64,000 nucleotides of DNA, from NCBI GenBank assembly GCA_046754465.1, contig JBHHVU010000001.1, positions 1 to 64,000 on the forward strand, in the 5' to 3' direction. Numbering within the stretch: the stretch's first letter is position 1; every line of letters starts with the position of its first letter. The notes under the pieces are model-generated. The model was not told where the DNA came from. It did no database searches and worked only from the letters and a program-made list of their open reading frames with translations. Shown here piece after piece: positions 52,142 through 63,200 of the stretch. Both the position numbers and the translations under genes were made by a program. Source of the DNA: Nitrospinaceae bacterium (GTDB lineage: Bacteria > Nitrospinota > Nitrospinia > Nitrospinales > VA-1).

Positions 52142-52450
52142 TTAACCAAAATCCATTTCCCGGCCGGAAGCACTGAACCATTCGAGCCAGGAAGGCTTAT
52201 GGGCAGGCTCCCGCAGGGGAATCCGGTTCATGAATTCATCGTAATCGATGGCTTCATCCGCGGGCTGGGAATAAACGGGAACGGAATCCGATGGCCCCGG
52301 ACGGGCAGTCTGAACTTCATCGGTGGTCCCGGCAAAAAGGAAACTAATCAGCAGGAATGCCGCGCCTGCCGTAATGCGTTTCCAGGAATTTGTCAATCGG
52401 TCGGGAAAATGTTTTACGATTGAGTCCTTGCGCGCCTTTAACTCAATCAA
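52142..52450 (-). CDS. Hypothetical membrane-anchored protein
   Basis: overlaps the XRE gene stop; one hydrophobic segment. Confidence 0.55.
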   Translation of the reverse strand: MIELKARKDSIVKHFPDRLTNSWKRITAGAAFLLISFLFAGTTDEVQTARPGPSDSVPVYSQPADEAIDYDEFMNRIPLREPAHKPSWLEWFSASGREMDFG

Positions 52451-52878
52451 CCGGCCGACTTTTTTGACGAAGAATCGTCTTCCCTGGGCTCGAGTTTTTC
52501 GAGCCGGGCTTCCAGTTCCCTGATTTTTTCTTTTTGCAGGTGAATGATGTAATCCTTGTCCTTGAGCATTTCTTCCTCCAACTTCGTTTTAGACCCATTA
52601 TCCAAATCTCGCGTCCCGGATTCAACCAAGGAATGCCTGATTCTCTTCCGGGCGGGCGCCTTTTTTGGGAGACGCGGATGGGTTCCGGACAGCAGCCAGC
52701 TTTCGGAGGTTTTCAAAGCTTTGGCCAGTTTTATCAAGGATTCAGCGCTGGGTGTGGTTTTATCGTTTTCCCAGTCACTGATGTCCGGGGGATGACACCC
52801 CACGAGCTGGGCCAGTTCCTTGGCCTTTAATCGCAACTGGTTGCGGCGAAAAACGATTCTGGATCCTATTGAAATCAT
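52447..52878 (-). CDS. XRE/Cro-CI helix-turn-helix regulator with C-terminal coiled coil
   Basis: IGSRI...ELAQLVG...ISDWEND...LAKAL...WLLSG. Confidence 0.9.
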   Translation of the reverse strand: MISIGSRIVFRRNQLRLKAKELAQLVGCHPPDISDWENDKTTPSAESLIKLAKALKTSESWLLSGTHPRLPKKAPARKRIRHSLVESGTRDLDNGSKTKLEEEMLKDKDYIIHLQKEKIRELEARLEKLEPREDDSSSKKSAG

Positions 52879-53209
52879 TGATAAATTAGTACTAATAAAA
52901 ATTTATTATTGCGAATAAATTAGGAAATTTGCTATTATTCCCTGAAACCTCAATGGTAATGGTCTTGAATTTAACCAACGCTTTATCAATATAATTCAAA
53001 ACCTATAATTAATCAACGGTTATTCCAAATTAATTTTAACTGAAATTCTAATAAAATTTAACTATTTTGCTAATTTTTGGTATTCTGGTTCCGACTACTC
53101 CGGGATACCGGGAAAGGACCGCTTTTTTTTTCGCCCGGCTGCCCTGCTGTAATCAAAACTTCATTCTTCCAGGACACTCGGAAGAAATCGAATTGAAAGG
53201 GAATCTGGC

Positions 53210-53470
53210 ATGAATAGACAAGATTCGACCCCAGGAAAGGAAGAGGGATTGCAGAAATTGATGGGGAAGCGGGTGACCCTGTTTTGTGTGAACTACATTT
53301 ATACGGGGCGATTGGCCGGCTTGGACTCGCAGTGCGTCCTTCTTTCAGAACCCGCCATTGTTTACGAAACAGGCCCCTTGACAACCAAGGGCTGGAAGGA
53401 TGTTCAAAGCCTGCCCGGGAAATGGTACGTTCAGTTGAGCTCGATCGAATCTTTTGGAATTCTCAAATGA
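53210..53470 (+). CDS. Small Sm/LSm-like beta protein
   Basis: LMGKRVTLFCVNYIYTGRLAGLD...LLSEP...WYVQLSSIESF pattern; AAGGGA RBS. Confidence 0.7.
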   Translation: MNRQDSTPGKEEGLQKLMGKRVTLFCVNYIYTGRLAGLDSQCVLLSEPAIVYETGPLTTKGWKDVQSLPGKWYVQLSSIESFGILK

Positions 53471-53622
53471 TCCGGCGAAATCGCTATAAAGGCAGGATTG
53501 TGGCGGGATCGGGTTCCGGCTCGAAATCCTGGTCCAATTCGTGGTCGGGGTCCCTGACGGGCACCGGCTGGAAATCCGGTTCTGGAGCGGGGTCTGTGTC
53601 CACTTCCTGGGTGGGTGGTTAG
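53467..53622 (+). CDS. 51-aa Ser/Gly/Trp-rich peptide
   Basis: ATGA overlap with the upstream gene; MIRRNRYKGRIVAGSGSGSKSWSNSWSGSLTGTGWKSGSGAGSVSTSWVGG. Confidence 0.6.
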   Translation: MIRRNRYKGRIVAGSGSGSKSWSNSWSGSLTGTGWKSGSGAGSVSTSWVGG

Positions 53623-53686
53623 ACGGTCTCCCTCCCTGGCACCCCTACCCCGGCAACACGCCCTTCACCGCTTGACAAAAACTCCC

Positions 53687-54043
53687 TCAGGGGGCCGGCG
53701 ATCTGGCATTTTTGCATTGTTCGCACTCGCAAAGCTTTCTTAACAGCTCATGCGGGTACAGGCCAGTATCGTGTCCGTCGTTCCAGGAAAATTGAATCGC
53801 GTACAATCCAACCGAGTGCAGGCTTTTGGGCCGGATGGAATCGGGGATGGTTCCAGGCGTAATTCTTTTTTTCCCGGTCCATTCGTCGATACATTGGGCG
53901 CAGGGGCAATTTTCGCGCAGGGATTTGACGGCATAGACCGACTCATGGCCGTCCGTCCAGGTAATTCCCAGGTGCGTGGGGTCGATCTGCCTTATATTTT
54001 TTGGCGAGGGATGATGGGAGTCCACCTTCGTCGAGGAAGTCAT
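53687..54043 (-). CDS. DUF971 (GBBH-like N-terminal) protein
   Basis: WTDGHES.Y...LRENCPCAQC...WNDGHDTGLY. Confidence 0.9.
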   Translation of the reverse strand: MTSSTKVDSHHPSPKNIRQIDPTHLGITWTDGHESVYAVKSLRENCPCAQCIDEWTGKKRITPGTIPDSIRPKSLHSVGLYAIQFSWNDGHDTGLYPHELLRKLCECEQCKNARSPAP

Positions 54044-54048
54044 TCGCT

Positions 54049-55143
54049 TTATTCCTTCCAAGCCAGTTCGAAAGCGGCATCCACTTTATCTTCCCGGGCC
54101 TGGTTGATGCTCAACTGGGCGGCCACATTCCCGGCGAGATCCTTATAGGCGAGGCTCGCCGGAGAGTCCGGATGACTCATGAGGACCGGAACGCCGGAAT
54201 CGCCGCCCTCCACCACCTCGGCGATGATGGGGATTTCGCCCAGGAAAGGAATTTTAAACTGTTCAGCCAGGGCCTTGCCGCCGCCCTCGCGGAAAATATA
54301 GTGTTTTTTATCGCACCCGTCACAAATAAAATAGCTCATATTCTCAACGATGCCCAGCAGGGGGACCTTCACCTGCTCGAACATTTTGACTCCCTTGTCC
54401 GCATCGATCAGGCTCACTTTCTGTGGGGTGGTGACGACGACCGCGCCCGACAGGGGGGCTCTTTGGGTCAATGTCAACTGAACGTCTCCGGTGCCCGGGG
54501 GCAGGTCGATGACGAGGTAATCCAGTTCGCCCCATTCGACGTTTTGAAGAAACTGCTGGATGATGCCGCCCAGCATGGGCCCCCTCAGCATGAGCGGTTG
54601 CCCTTGTTTGGTCAGAAAAGCCGCCGAGACCACTTTGAGTCCGTATTTCTCATGCGGGTAAAATTTATTGTCGGAGGCGCCTTTTGGGGGGCTGATGGGA
54701 ATGCCCAGCATTTGCGGAATGCTGGGTCCATAAATATCCCCATCCATCAGACCCACCCGGGCTCCCGTCAATTGCAGGGCAAGGGCCAGGTTCGTGCTGA
54801 CGGTGGATTTCCCGACGCCGCCCTTGCCGCTTGCCACGGCGATGATATTTTTCACGCCCGTCAATACGGGCTGATTGTGTTGGGAAGAGCGCACCACGGC
54901 GGTCATATTCACATCCACCTTGGAAACTCCCTCGATGGCCAGGGTTTTGGTCTCGCACTCCTTTTTCAACTGCTCCTTCACCGGACAGGCGGGAGTGGTC
55001 AATTCCACGTCATAACTCACCTTCCCGTTTTCCACTTTCATATTTTTCAGGAATCCCAGGCTCACGATATCCTTGTGCAGGTCGGGATCCTTTACGGTTT
55101 TTAACACTTCAATGACTTTTTCCCGCAGTTCTTGATCAGACAT
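54049..55143 (-). CDS. mrp: Fe-S cluster carrier Mrp/ApbC
   Basis: DUF59 N-term (DPDL, TTPACP), ASGKGGVGKST, DLPPGTGD, CDGC. Confidence 0.94.
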   Translation of the reverse strand: MSDQELREKVIEVLKTVKDPDLHKDIVSLGFLKNMKVENGKVSYDVELTTPACPVKEQLKKECETKTLAIEGVSKVDVNMTAVVRSSQHNQPVLTGVKNIIAVASGKGGVGKSTVSTNLALALQLTGARVGLMDGDIYGPSIPQMLGIPISPPKGASDNKFYPHEKYGLKVVSAAFLTKQGQPLMLRGPMLGGIIQQFLQNVEWGELDYLVIDLPPGTGDVQLTLTQRAPLSGAVVVTTPQKVSLIDADKGVKMFEQVKVPLLGIVENMSYFICDGCDKKHYIFREGGGKALAEQFKIPFLGEIPIIAEVVEGGDSGVPVLMSHPDSPASLAYKDLAGNVAAQLSINQAREDKVDAAFELAWKE

Positions 55144-55349
55144 ATAAAACCCCCAAATATTTAACCAGCGGATCACCGGTTAATTATGACTTGAATTTAA
55201 AGGGGAATTCTTTCCCCACGAGGCCCCCGCGCTCCGGCGGGCGTCCCGTTTTCCTTAAGATGGTCAAACCCATAAAAGGATTTAAAAGGCGCGCGAAGAT
55301 CCCCTAATCCGTTTTCAGTTTGTTACTCCTTGATTTTACTTGCCTTGAA

Positions 55350-55395
55350 CCCCCATATATCGTATATATTATATGCTGGAACACAAGATGTGCCA
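55350..55395 (+). promoter_or_regulatory. Tandem NrdR-box-like sites overlapping a sigma70-like promoter
   Basis: cccCcAtATaTcGta (55350) and acaCaAgATgTgcca (55381), 31 bp apart; TTGAAC-16-TATTAT overlaps box 1. Confidence 0.55.
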
Positions 55396-55748
55396 ATGAC
55401 CAAATGGTTTCAATCCCTCCCTGGAGGGGAAATCGGGGAATTTGTTAAAAACCAAGGTTTCATCAAATTAGACCGCATGGACACATCGAGACAGGGATTG
55501 GCTTGCCAGGGAAGAAGCGATAACCCAAATCTCCTTCGTTTATAAGATCTGAATTTCCAGTCGTCAAGCCATTAAATGATCCATTTTTCAAGATCCGTCC
55601 ACGAATGGCCGGTCCACCCTGTAACCCAAAAATTTCAACCTGAAAGCAGAATCCAGACTGTCCATTAGTTCCGCGGGTTTCCCGCCGGTCATGGGTTGTC
55701 CGCCTTTATACCGCTTCTTGCATTAAAACCAAAAATTCCAGATCCCAT

Positions 55749-58067
55749 ATGGCTACAGAAAAAATTTCCGATATTCAGGTGGAGTTGGAAAACCGGTTTC
55801 TGACCTATGCCCTTTCCACGATCGTTTCACGGTCTCTTCCCGATGTGCGTGATGGCTTGAAGCCCATTCACCGGAGAATTCTGTTCGCGATGGACAACAT
55901 GGGGGTAACCGCCGCCGCCAAATTCGTAAAATCGGCGAAAATTATCGGCGAGGTGCTGGGGAAATATCACCCCCACGGCGACGCTTCCACTTACGAATCC
56001 ATGGTGCGCATGGCCCAAGATTTTTCGATGCGTTATCCGCTGGTCGATGGCAAAGGGAATTTTGGGTCCATCGACGGGGACGCCCCGGCCGCCTACCGGT
56101 ATACGGAAGGCCGGTTGACCCCCATCACCTCTTTTCTGTTGATGGACCTCAAAAAGGACACGGTCGATTTCAGGCAGAATTACGATAATACCCTGAAAGA
56201 GCCCGTGGTTCTTCCCTCGCGCATCCCCAATCTTTTGATCAACGGGGCTTCCGGCATCGCCGTGGGCATGGCCTGTTCCTTTCCCAGCCACAACCTGGGA
56301 GAGGTTATCAACGCCCTGACCGCGCTCATCAGCCAACCCCAACTGACAGTCACCCAGATGATGAAGTACATCAAGGGACCGGATTTCCCCACGGGTGGGA
56401 TCATTCTCAACACCAAGTCCGAGATCCGCAAAGCCTATGAGGAAGGCTCGGGAACCATCAAGATTCGCGGGGAGTGGAAAATCGAGCACCTCAACCGTGG
56501 AAAACGGCAGATCATCCTCACCTCCATCCCCTATGGGGTGAACAAGGCCAAAATGATCGAAAAAATCGCGGAAATCATCCTGGGCAAAAAACTTCCTCCC
56601 CTGGTGGACGTGCGGGACGAAAGCGACGAGAAAATGCGGGTGGTTCTGGAAATCAAGAGCCAATCCGATCCGGAAAAACTCATGAGCTATCTGTTCAAAC
56701 ACACGGATCTGGAATCCAATTTTCAGTTGAACTTCACCTGCCTCAAGCCCAACGGTGAACCCGACCGGCTTTCGCTCCTCGAAATTTGCCGCTTCTTCCT
56801 GGATTTTCGAAAAGATGTGGTCGTCCGCGGGCTCACTCATGAACTGACCCTGATAGAAAACCGGCTGCATATCCTGGATGGATTCGCGGCGGTATTCAAA
56901 AACCTCGACAAGGCCCTGAGAATCATCCGCTCCTGCAAATCCCGGTCGGAAGCTCACGACAAATTAAAAAAAGAGTTCAAGCTGGATGACACGCAGGCCA
57001 AGTCGATCCTCGAAATTCCCCTCTACCGCCTGGTGGCGATGGAAATCGACAAAATCATCACCGAGCAAAAGGAAAAACTCAAGGAGAAGAAACGGCTGGA
57101 ATCCATCCTCCGCTCCCCCAAAAAAATCTGGAATGAAGTCAAGGAGGAGCTTGAGGAAATTAAGCGAAAATTCGCCGACAAACGCCAAACCTCCATCAAA
57201 GCCATTCAAAGCGTGGATTACAATGCCGACGATTTCATTCAGCACGAAGACGTCGTTCTGGTCCTCAGCCGCAAGGGCTGGCTGAGAAAACTCAAAAGCG
57301 CGGGCGATCCCGCCTCATTGAAATTCAAGGAAAACGACGGCCTGCTCGCCAGCGGGAACTCCAACACGCGAAACCTGATCGCGTTTTTTACAAGCAGGGG
57401 AATGGTTTACATACAAAAAATTTATAATTTACCTTATACCCGGGGCGGCTTTGGCGAGCCCATTCAAAACCTCTTCAAATTCGCCGACGGCGAACGGGTG
57501 ATCCACATGCTTTCCCTGGATTCCCCAACACGGGAAGGGGAAGATAACGGCTCGATGGACACCCCCCGCTCGTCCGGCAATGGCGGGGTCAACCAGTTCA
57601 GCCTCGATTTTCCGGACCCCGATGCCAAAAAGGAGCCCGCCCCGAGGGACATCGACCTCATGGCCGCCAGCCAATCCGGTTTCGGATTCCGGTTCGCCGC
57701 CTCTATTTTGTCCGAAACCACCCGCGCGGGACGAAAAATCATGAACCTGAAAAGCAATGACCGCATGGCAGGGGTTCTCCCTGTCTTGAAGGACTATGTA
57801 TTTCTAGCCTCGGATGCCGGTAAAGGATTGATCATCCCGATCGCCCAGGTTTCCAAACTGGCCGGAACCGGAATGGGGGTCAAATTGATGAAGATCACCG
57901 GCGGCAAACTGGTGGGATTCCAATTGGTAAACCTTAAGGACAAAGTCACGCTCCTTTTGGAAGACGGGAAAACAAGGGACATCCGCATGAGCAAGATCCC
58001 GGTATACCACCGCGGTAGCATGGGTGTGATTATTTCCAAACGCAAGAAGATCGTGCAACTGATTTGA
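55749..58067 (+). CDS. parC: Type IIA topoisomerase subunit A (topo IV ParC-like)
   Basis: LPDVRDGLKP, YHPHGD, AAYRYTE catalytic Tyr; short CTD, no GyrA box seen. Confidence 0.85.
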   Translation: MATEKISDIQVELENRFLTYALSTIVSRSLPDVRDGLKPIHRRILFAMDNMGVTAAAKFVKSAKIIGEVLGKYHPHGDASTYESMVRMAQDFSMRYPLVDGKGNFGSIDGDAPAAYRYTEGRLTPITSFLLMDLKKDTVDFRQNYDNTLKEPVVLPSRIPNLLINGASGIAVGMACSFPSHNLGEVINALTALISQPQLTVTQMMKYIKGPDFPTGGIILNTKSEIRKAYEEGSGTIKIRGEWKIEHLNRGKRQIILTSIPYGVNKAKMIEKIAEIILGKKLPPLVDVRDESDEKMRVVLEIKSQSDPEKLMSYLFKHTDLESNFQLNFTCLKPNGEPDRLSLLEICRFFLDFRKDVVVRGLTHELTLIENRLHILDGFAAVFKNLDKALRIIRSCKSRSEAHDKLKKEFKLDDTQAKSILEIPLYRLVAMEIDKIITEQKEKLKEKKRLESILRSPKKIWNEVKEELEEIKRKFADKRQTSIKAIQSVDYNADDFIQHEDVVLVLSRKGWLRKLKSAGDPASLKFKENDGLLASGNSNTRNLIAFFTSRGMVYIQKIYNLPYTRGGFGEPIQNLFKFADGERVIHMLSLDSPTREGEDNGSMDTPRSSGNGGVNQFSLDFPDPDAKKEPAPRDIDLMAASQSGFGFRFAASILSETTRAGRKIMNLKSNDRMAGVLPVLKDYVFLASDAGKGLIIPIAQVSKLAGTGMGVKLMKITGGKLVGFQLVNLKDKVTLLLEDGKTRDIRMSKIPVYHRGSMGVIISKRKKIVQLI

Positions 58068-58078
58068 TGTGAGGAACC

Positions 58079-59971
58079 ATGGCAACAACTTATAAAGCAG
58101 ATGACATACAGGTTCTGGAAGGATTGGACCCGGTTCGCCGGCGTCCTGGAATGTACATAGGATCCACCTCACTGACCGGGCTCCACCACCTCCTGTGGGA
58201 GATCCTGGACAATTCCGTGGACGAGGCCTTGAACGGGCATTGCAACTCCATCGACATCCTCCTGGACGCCGGGCAGGGTGTGACCATCAAGGACAACGGC
58301 CGCGGCATTCCCGTGGACCCTTTCCGGAGAACCCGGAAAAGCGCGATGGAAATTCTTTTCACCACCCTGCATTCGGGGGGAAAGTTCGGCCAGAACAATT
58401 ACAAGGTTTCCGGGGGACTCCACGGGGTGGGCATGGCGGTGGTTTGCGCCCTGTCGGAAACCCTGACCGCCACCTCCCGCCGGGATGGATTTGAATGGAC
58501 CCAGACCTATTCCCGCGGCAAGCCCACCTCCAAATTAAAGAAAGGAAAATCCACCCGGCATTACGGCACCACCGTTTATTTCCAACCCGACAAAAAAATA
58601 TTTCCCAAAATCGAGTTCAACCTCAAGTGGGTGCTCGATCAGGCCGAGTCCAAGGCGTTTTTGAATAAAGGCCTGAAAATCACCGTCCACGAAAACGGCA
58701 AAAGGCACACCTTTCAATATCCCCATGGTATCAAGGACTACATTCAAAAGATGACCGCCGGCCTTCCCGTCCTCATGGACCAACCGTTTTACATCGAAAA
58801 AGACGATCACCCCCTGAGGGTGGAAACGGCATTTTTATGGACATCCAATACCGAATCGATCCTTTTCTCCTATGCCAATGCCATCAAAACGGTGGACGGC
58901 GGTTCCCATGAAAACGGATTCCGCAACGGCATCACCAAGGCTTTCCGCGCCTATATCGAGCGGCGCAATCTTTTGCCCAAGGGAATCCCAAACATCACCG
59001 GGGAAGATGTCAAGGAAGGACTGGTTGCCATCCTCAACGTCTACCTGCAGGGGGAGGTGGAATTTCAGGGCCAGACCAAGGGACGCTTGAACTCGGAGAT
59101 CACCTCCCAGGTGGAATCCGTGGTCAAACACTCGCTCGAACACCACCTCCATAGCCACCAGACACTGGGAGACCGGATCGCCAACCGGATCATCCTGGCA
59201 GCCCAGGCGCGCATCGCCTCCCGCCAGGCCCGGGAAACCGTGCAGCGGAAAACCCTGGTCTCCCACAGACTCAACCTGCCGGGGAAGCTCGCCGACTGCG
59301 CCACCGTCGACAAAAATCTAGCGGAGCTGTTCATCTGTGAAGGAGATTCCGCGGGGGGGTCGAGCAAGCAGGCCCGGGACCGCCATACCCAGGCCATCCT
59401 GCCCATCCGCGGAAAGATTTTGAACGTGGAAACCGCAACCCTGGTTAAAATCCTGGCCAACAATGAAATCAAAAATATCATTTCCGCGATAGGAACCGGC
59501 ATCCAACCCAAATTCGATTACGGCAAACTCCGCTATGGAAAAATCATCATCATGACAGACGCCGATGTGGATGGAGCCCATATCTGCACCCTCCTTCTCA
59601 CGTTCTTCTATCGATATATGCCCGAACTGATCTTGAAGGGACACCTTTATATCGCCCAACCTCCCCTGTACCGGATCGACAAAGGAAAAGAGTCGTATTA
59701 TGCGGTCGATGACAAAGAAAAAGATAAAATTCTCCGCAACCTGAATGGTGCCCAATATGAGATCGGCCGATTCAAGGGGTTGGGTGAAATGCCTCCCGCC
59801 GATCTGAAACAAACCACCATGAAGGCCTCAACCCGTTCTCTCATCCGTGTGCAACTCGTCGACATGAACCAAACCGGGCAGACCTTCGGCCGGCTCATGG
59901 GAAAAGACTCCGAGCCCCGATTCAAATTTATCAAGGAAAAAGCGGTTTTCGTCCGGGATCTGGATGTCTGA
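58079..59971 (+). CDS. parE: Type IIA topoisomerase subunit B (topo IV ParE-like)
   Basis: RPGMYIG, DNGRGIP, SGGLHGVG, EGDSAGGS, DADVDG, FKGLGEM. Confidence 0.85.
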   Translation: MATTYKADDIQVLEGLDPVRRRPGMYIGSTSLTGLHHLLWEILDNSVDEALNGHCNSIDILLDAGQGVTIKDNGRGIPVDPFRRTRKSAMEILFTTLHSGGKFGQNNYKVSGGLHGVGMAVVCALSETLTATSRRDGFEWTQTYSRGKPTSKLKKGKSTRHYGTTVYFQPDKKIFPKIEFNLKWVLDQAESKAFLNKGLKITVHENGKRHTFQYPHGIKDYIQKMTAGLPVLMDQPFYIEKDDHPLRVETAFLWTSNTESILFSYANAIKTVDGGSHENGFRNGITKAFRAYIERRNLLPKGIPNITGEDVKEGLVAILNVYLQGEVEFQGQTKGRLNSEITSQVESVVKHSLEHHLHSHQTLGDRIANRIILAAQARIASRQARETVQRKTLVSHRLNLPGKLADCATVDKNLAELFICEGDSAGGSSKQARDRHTQAILPIRGKILNVETATLVKILANNEIKNIISAIGTGIQPKFDYGKLRYGKIIIMTDADVDGAHICTLLLTFFYRYMPELILKGHLYIAQPPLYRIDKGKESYYAVDDKEKDKILRNLNGAQYEIGRFKGLGEMPPADLKQTTMKASTRSLIRVQLVDMNQTGQTFGRLMGKDSEPRFKFIKEKAVFVRDLDV

Positions 59972-60269
59972 TCCTGCCCCGTTGATGGGTCCTTTCCCAC
60001 CCGGCTTCAACCGTCGGAAATTCCCATTCTGAATCCCCTGAAAAATCCCTCGTTTCTTTTCCGCCATTGCCGTTACCGCGCCCGGTGACGATTCCGCTTT
60101 TTACATTTACAATTAAAGTTTAAGGTATTCTAAAAGCTCTTATAAGTTCAATTATATCAATAATCTTTTAAGCTCCTCCCCGCCTTTTATTATTGTATTC
60201 GGGCCATTAAAACAGTAAAATAACTATCAATCCCAAATTTATTATTCGCGGATCAAAATCTCCCCTGAA

Positions 60270-63200
60270 ATGGCGTTTTTCTCCAAATTAATGCGATCGA
60301 CGAAACCGCGGGACCCCAAAGCGGAACCGCCCGGTGGAAATTATTCCCTTTCTCCAGATATAGAAAAAATCACTTCTTTGATGGACGCGCCCCCTCCCTC
60401 CGAGGATCATTCCATCGTCCTGGAAACCGGGGAAGTTCAGACCGGCCCAAAATTTTCAGAACGGCGCGGCAACGGAAATAAGGGGAAAATTGCCGATACG
60501 CCCGGCCGTGTGGAAACCCTGGCCGGCGAGGGTTCCCCGGCCGTCAATCGGAGACAGGAAGGAAGAAGGGCCTCCGACCGGATCAAACCGATCCTAAACA
60601 AGATACTGTACGGAACGAGCATCATAGGGGTTCTGCCTTCTCTCACCGACGACCTCGTCCATCTCTTTAATTGCGAAACGGCATCGTTCTATTCCGTAGA
60701 CCGTTCCAAACGGCAAATCTATTCCCGGACGATCAAGGATGGACTCAAGGGAGAGTTTCGTCTGGATATATCCATCAAGAGCCTGGCTGGCTTTTGCGCT
60801 GCCACCGGGAAAACCCTGAACGTGGGCAATCCCTACTCCAAAAAAGAACTCAAAAGCTATCATCCTGATCTGTCTCATGACGCGGCCTGGGACCGATTGA
60901 CTCAAACCCAGACGCGATCGGCGCTGGTCGTCGCCCTGCCCTTTAACAAAAGGTTGATGGGGGTTCTGGAATTACTGAATAAGGTCGGCGAAGAGAAATT
61001 CACCGAAGGGGATGTCCGGCAGGCCAGGGAACTCTCGAGCACCCTGGGTCATGCTCTGGTCAAACTGGAGCTCGAGGAAATCGAACAAAAACTCCAGGCC
61101 ACCACCCACGCGATTCATTCCGCAAAGAATATCGACGAGATTCTCCTCGAACTGAAAGAACCCATCCTGGAACTGTTCAACGCCAATCTGATCACCATCT
61201 ACGCGGTGGACCCCAAAAAAAAGGAAATTTACTCCAAAATAAAATCGGGAACCTCCATCAATGAAATCCGGGTTCCTATCTCTCCCAAGAGCATTTCCGG
61301 ATGCGTGGCCCTGGAAAAAAGACCCGTAACCCTGGCGGATGTCTACAATGCGGAGGAGCTGCAAAATTATCATCCGGATTTGGTCTTCGACAGTTCCTGG
61401 GATAAAAAAACCGGGCTGCACACGAAGTCCATGCTGGTTTACCCGCTGATTCACGGGGACCAGCTCATGGGAGTTTTACAGCTGGTCAATAAAAACGAGG
61501 GGAACCAGTTCACTTCCTTTGACGAAAAAAATGCCAAGAAAATTTCCCAGACCCTGGCGCTGGCCCTGTTCAACCAGAAAAAAGCAGCCCGTAAAAAACC
61601 CACCAAATTCGGGTACCTGGTCGAGAACGAAATGCTGACGCAGGAGGAATTGAATGAGGCTGTTCTCAAGGCCCGGAAAAGCAACATGGACATCGAGGAC
61701 ATTCTTCTCGGCAAGTTGAATTTAAGGCGCAAGGATGTGGGGAAGTCGCTGGAAATTTTTTACAACCTCCCGTATACGGGATACACCGATTCGCTCATTC
61801 TTCCGGAACAAATTTTCGCCGGTTTGAACAAAAACTATCTCACCCGAAACAACTGGGTTCCGTTGCAAAACACCATGAACCAAGTGGTGATCCTGATCGA
61901 CGACCCCTCCGATCAGCTCAAGGTCCGCAACATCAAGATGATCTTCCCCAAAAAGAAGGTGGAATTCCAAGTAGGATTGAAGGCCGACATACGGGACTTC
62001 CTCAATTCCGTCCTGACGGAAGATTCGGGACCGATCGAAGAACCCAAAACGGAAGCCATGTCGGCGCTGCTGGACGCCCTGGAGGATGAGGCGGAAACCA
62101 GCCTGGAAACGGGACAATATGAAGACGAGGCCGTCAATGCCATCAGTGAAACCGACAGCACGATTGTCCGCCTCGTCAACAAAATTCTTACCGATGCCTA
62201 TGATCAAGGGATTTCCGACATCCACATCGAACCGGGAGGGAGCAAAAAGGACGTTAAAGTTCGGTTTCGCAAAGACGGAATCTGCAGTGTGTATCAGGAA
62301 ATCCCTTTTCTTTACAAACAGGCCATCATATCCCGGATCAAAATCATGGCCCGTCTGGACATCGCGGAAAGAAGGATGCCCCAGGACGGTAAGATCAAAA
62401 TGCGCTACGGTAGGAAGGAAATCGAGTACCGGGTGGCCACTTGCCCGACGGTCGGCGGAAACGAGGATGCGGTGCTGCGTATTCTTGCCTCCAGCAAACC
62501 CATCCCGCTGGAACAAATGTTTTTTTCGGACCGCAACCTTGAAATGATAAAGAATGCCATCACCAAACCCTTTGGCCTCATTCTGGTGGTCGGTCCCACC
62601 GGCTCGGGGAAAACCACCACCCTGCATTCCTGCCTGGGCCACATCAACACACCGGAAAGAAAAATTTGGACCGCAGAGGATCCCGTAGAAATCACCCAGG
62701 AAGGATTGCGACAGGTCCAGATGCTGGACAAAATCGGATTGAATTTCGCCCGTGCCATGCGGTCCTTTCTTCGGGGCGATCCCGACGTCATCATGGTGGG
62801 GGAAATGCGCGATCAGGAAACCGCGGCCATCGGCCTGGAAGCCTCGCTCACCGGTCACCTGGTTTTCAGCACCCTGCACACCAATTCCGCTCCCGAAACC
62901 ATCACACGCCTGCTGGATATGGGAATGAACCCCCTGAATTTTGCCGACGCCCTGTTGCTCATCGCGGCCCAGAGATTGGTTCGAACCCTCTGCAATCAAT
63001 GCAAAAAGGGCTACCATCCCAGCCGGGAAGAGTTCGATACCCTGGTCAATGAATACGGCAAAAAAGATTTCGACAAACTGGGGATGCAATACAGTAAGGA
63101 TCTGATTCTGAAAAAACCGATGGGCTGCAAGGCCTGCGGCGATTCCGGATATTCAGGGCGAATGGCTCTCCACGAACTGCTTCACGGGTCTTCCGAAATC

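Noticed and set aside
53467..53622. Darobactin-like RiPP cluster reading of the Trp-rich peptide
   Set aside because: No radical SAM enzyme, peptidase or exporter nearby; kept only as an unexplained peptide
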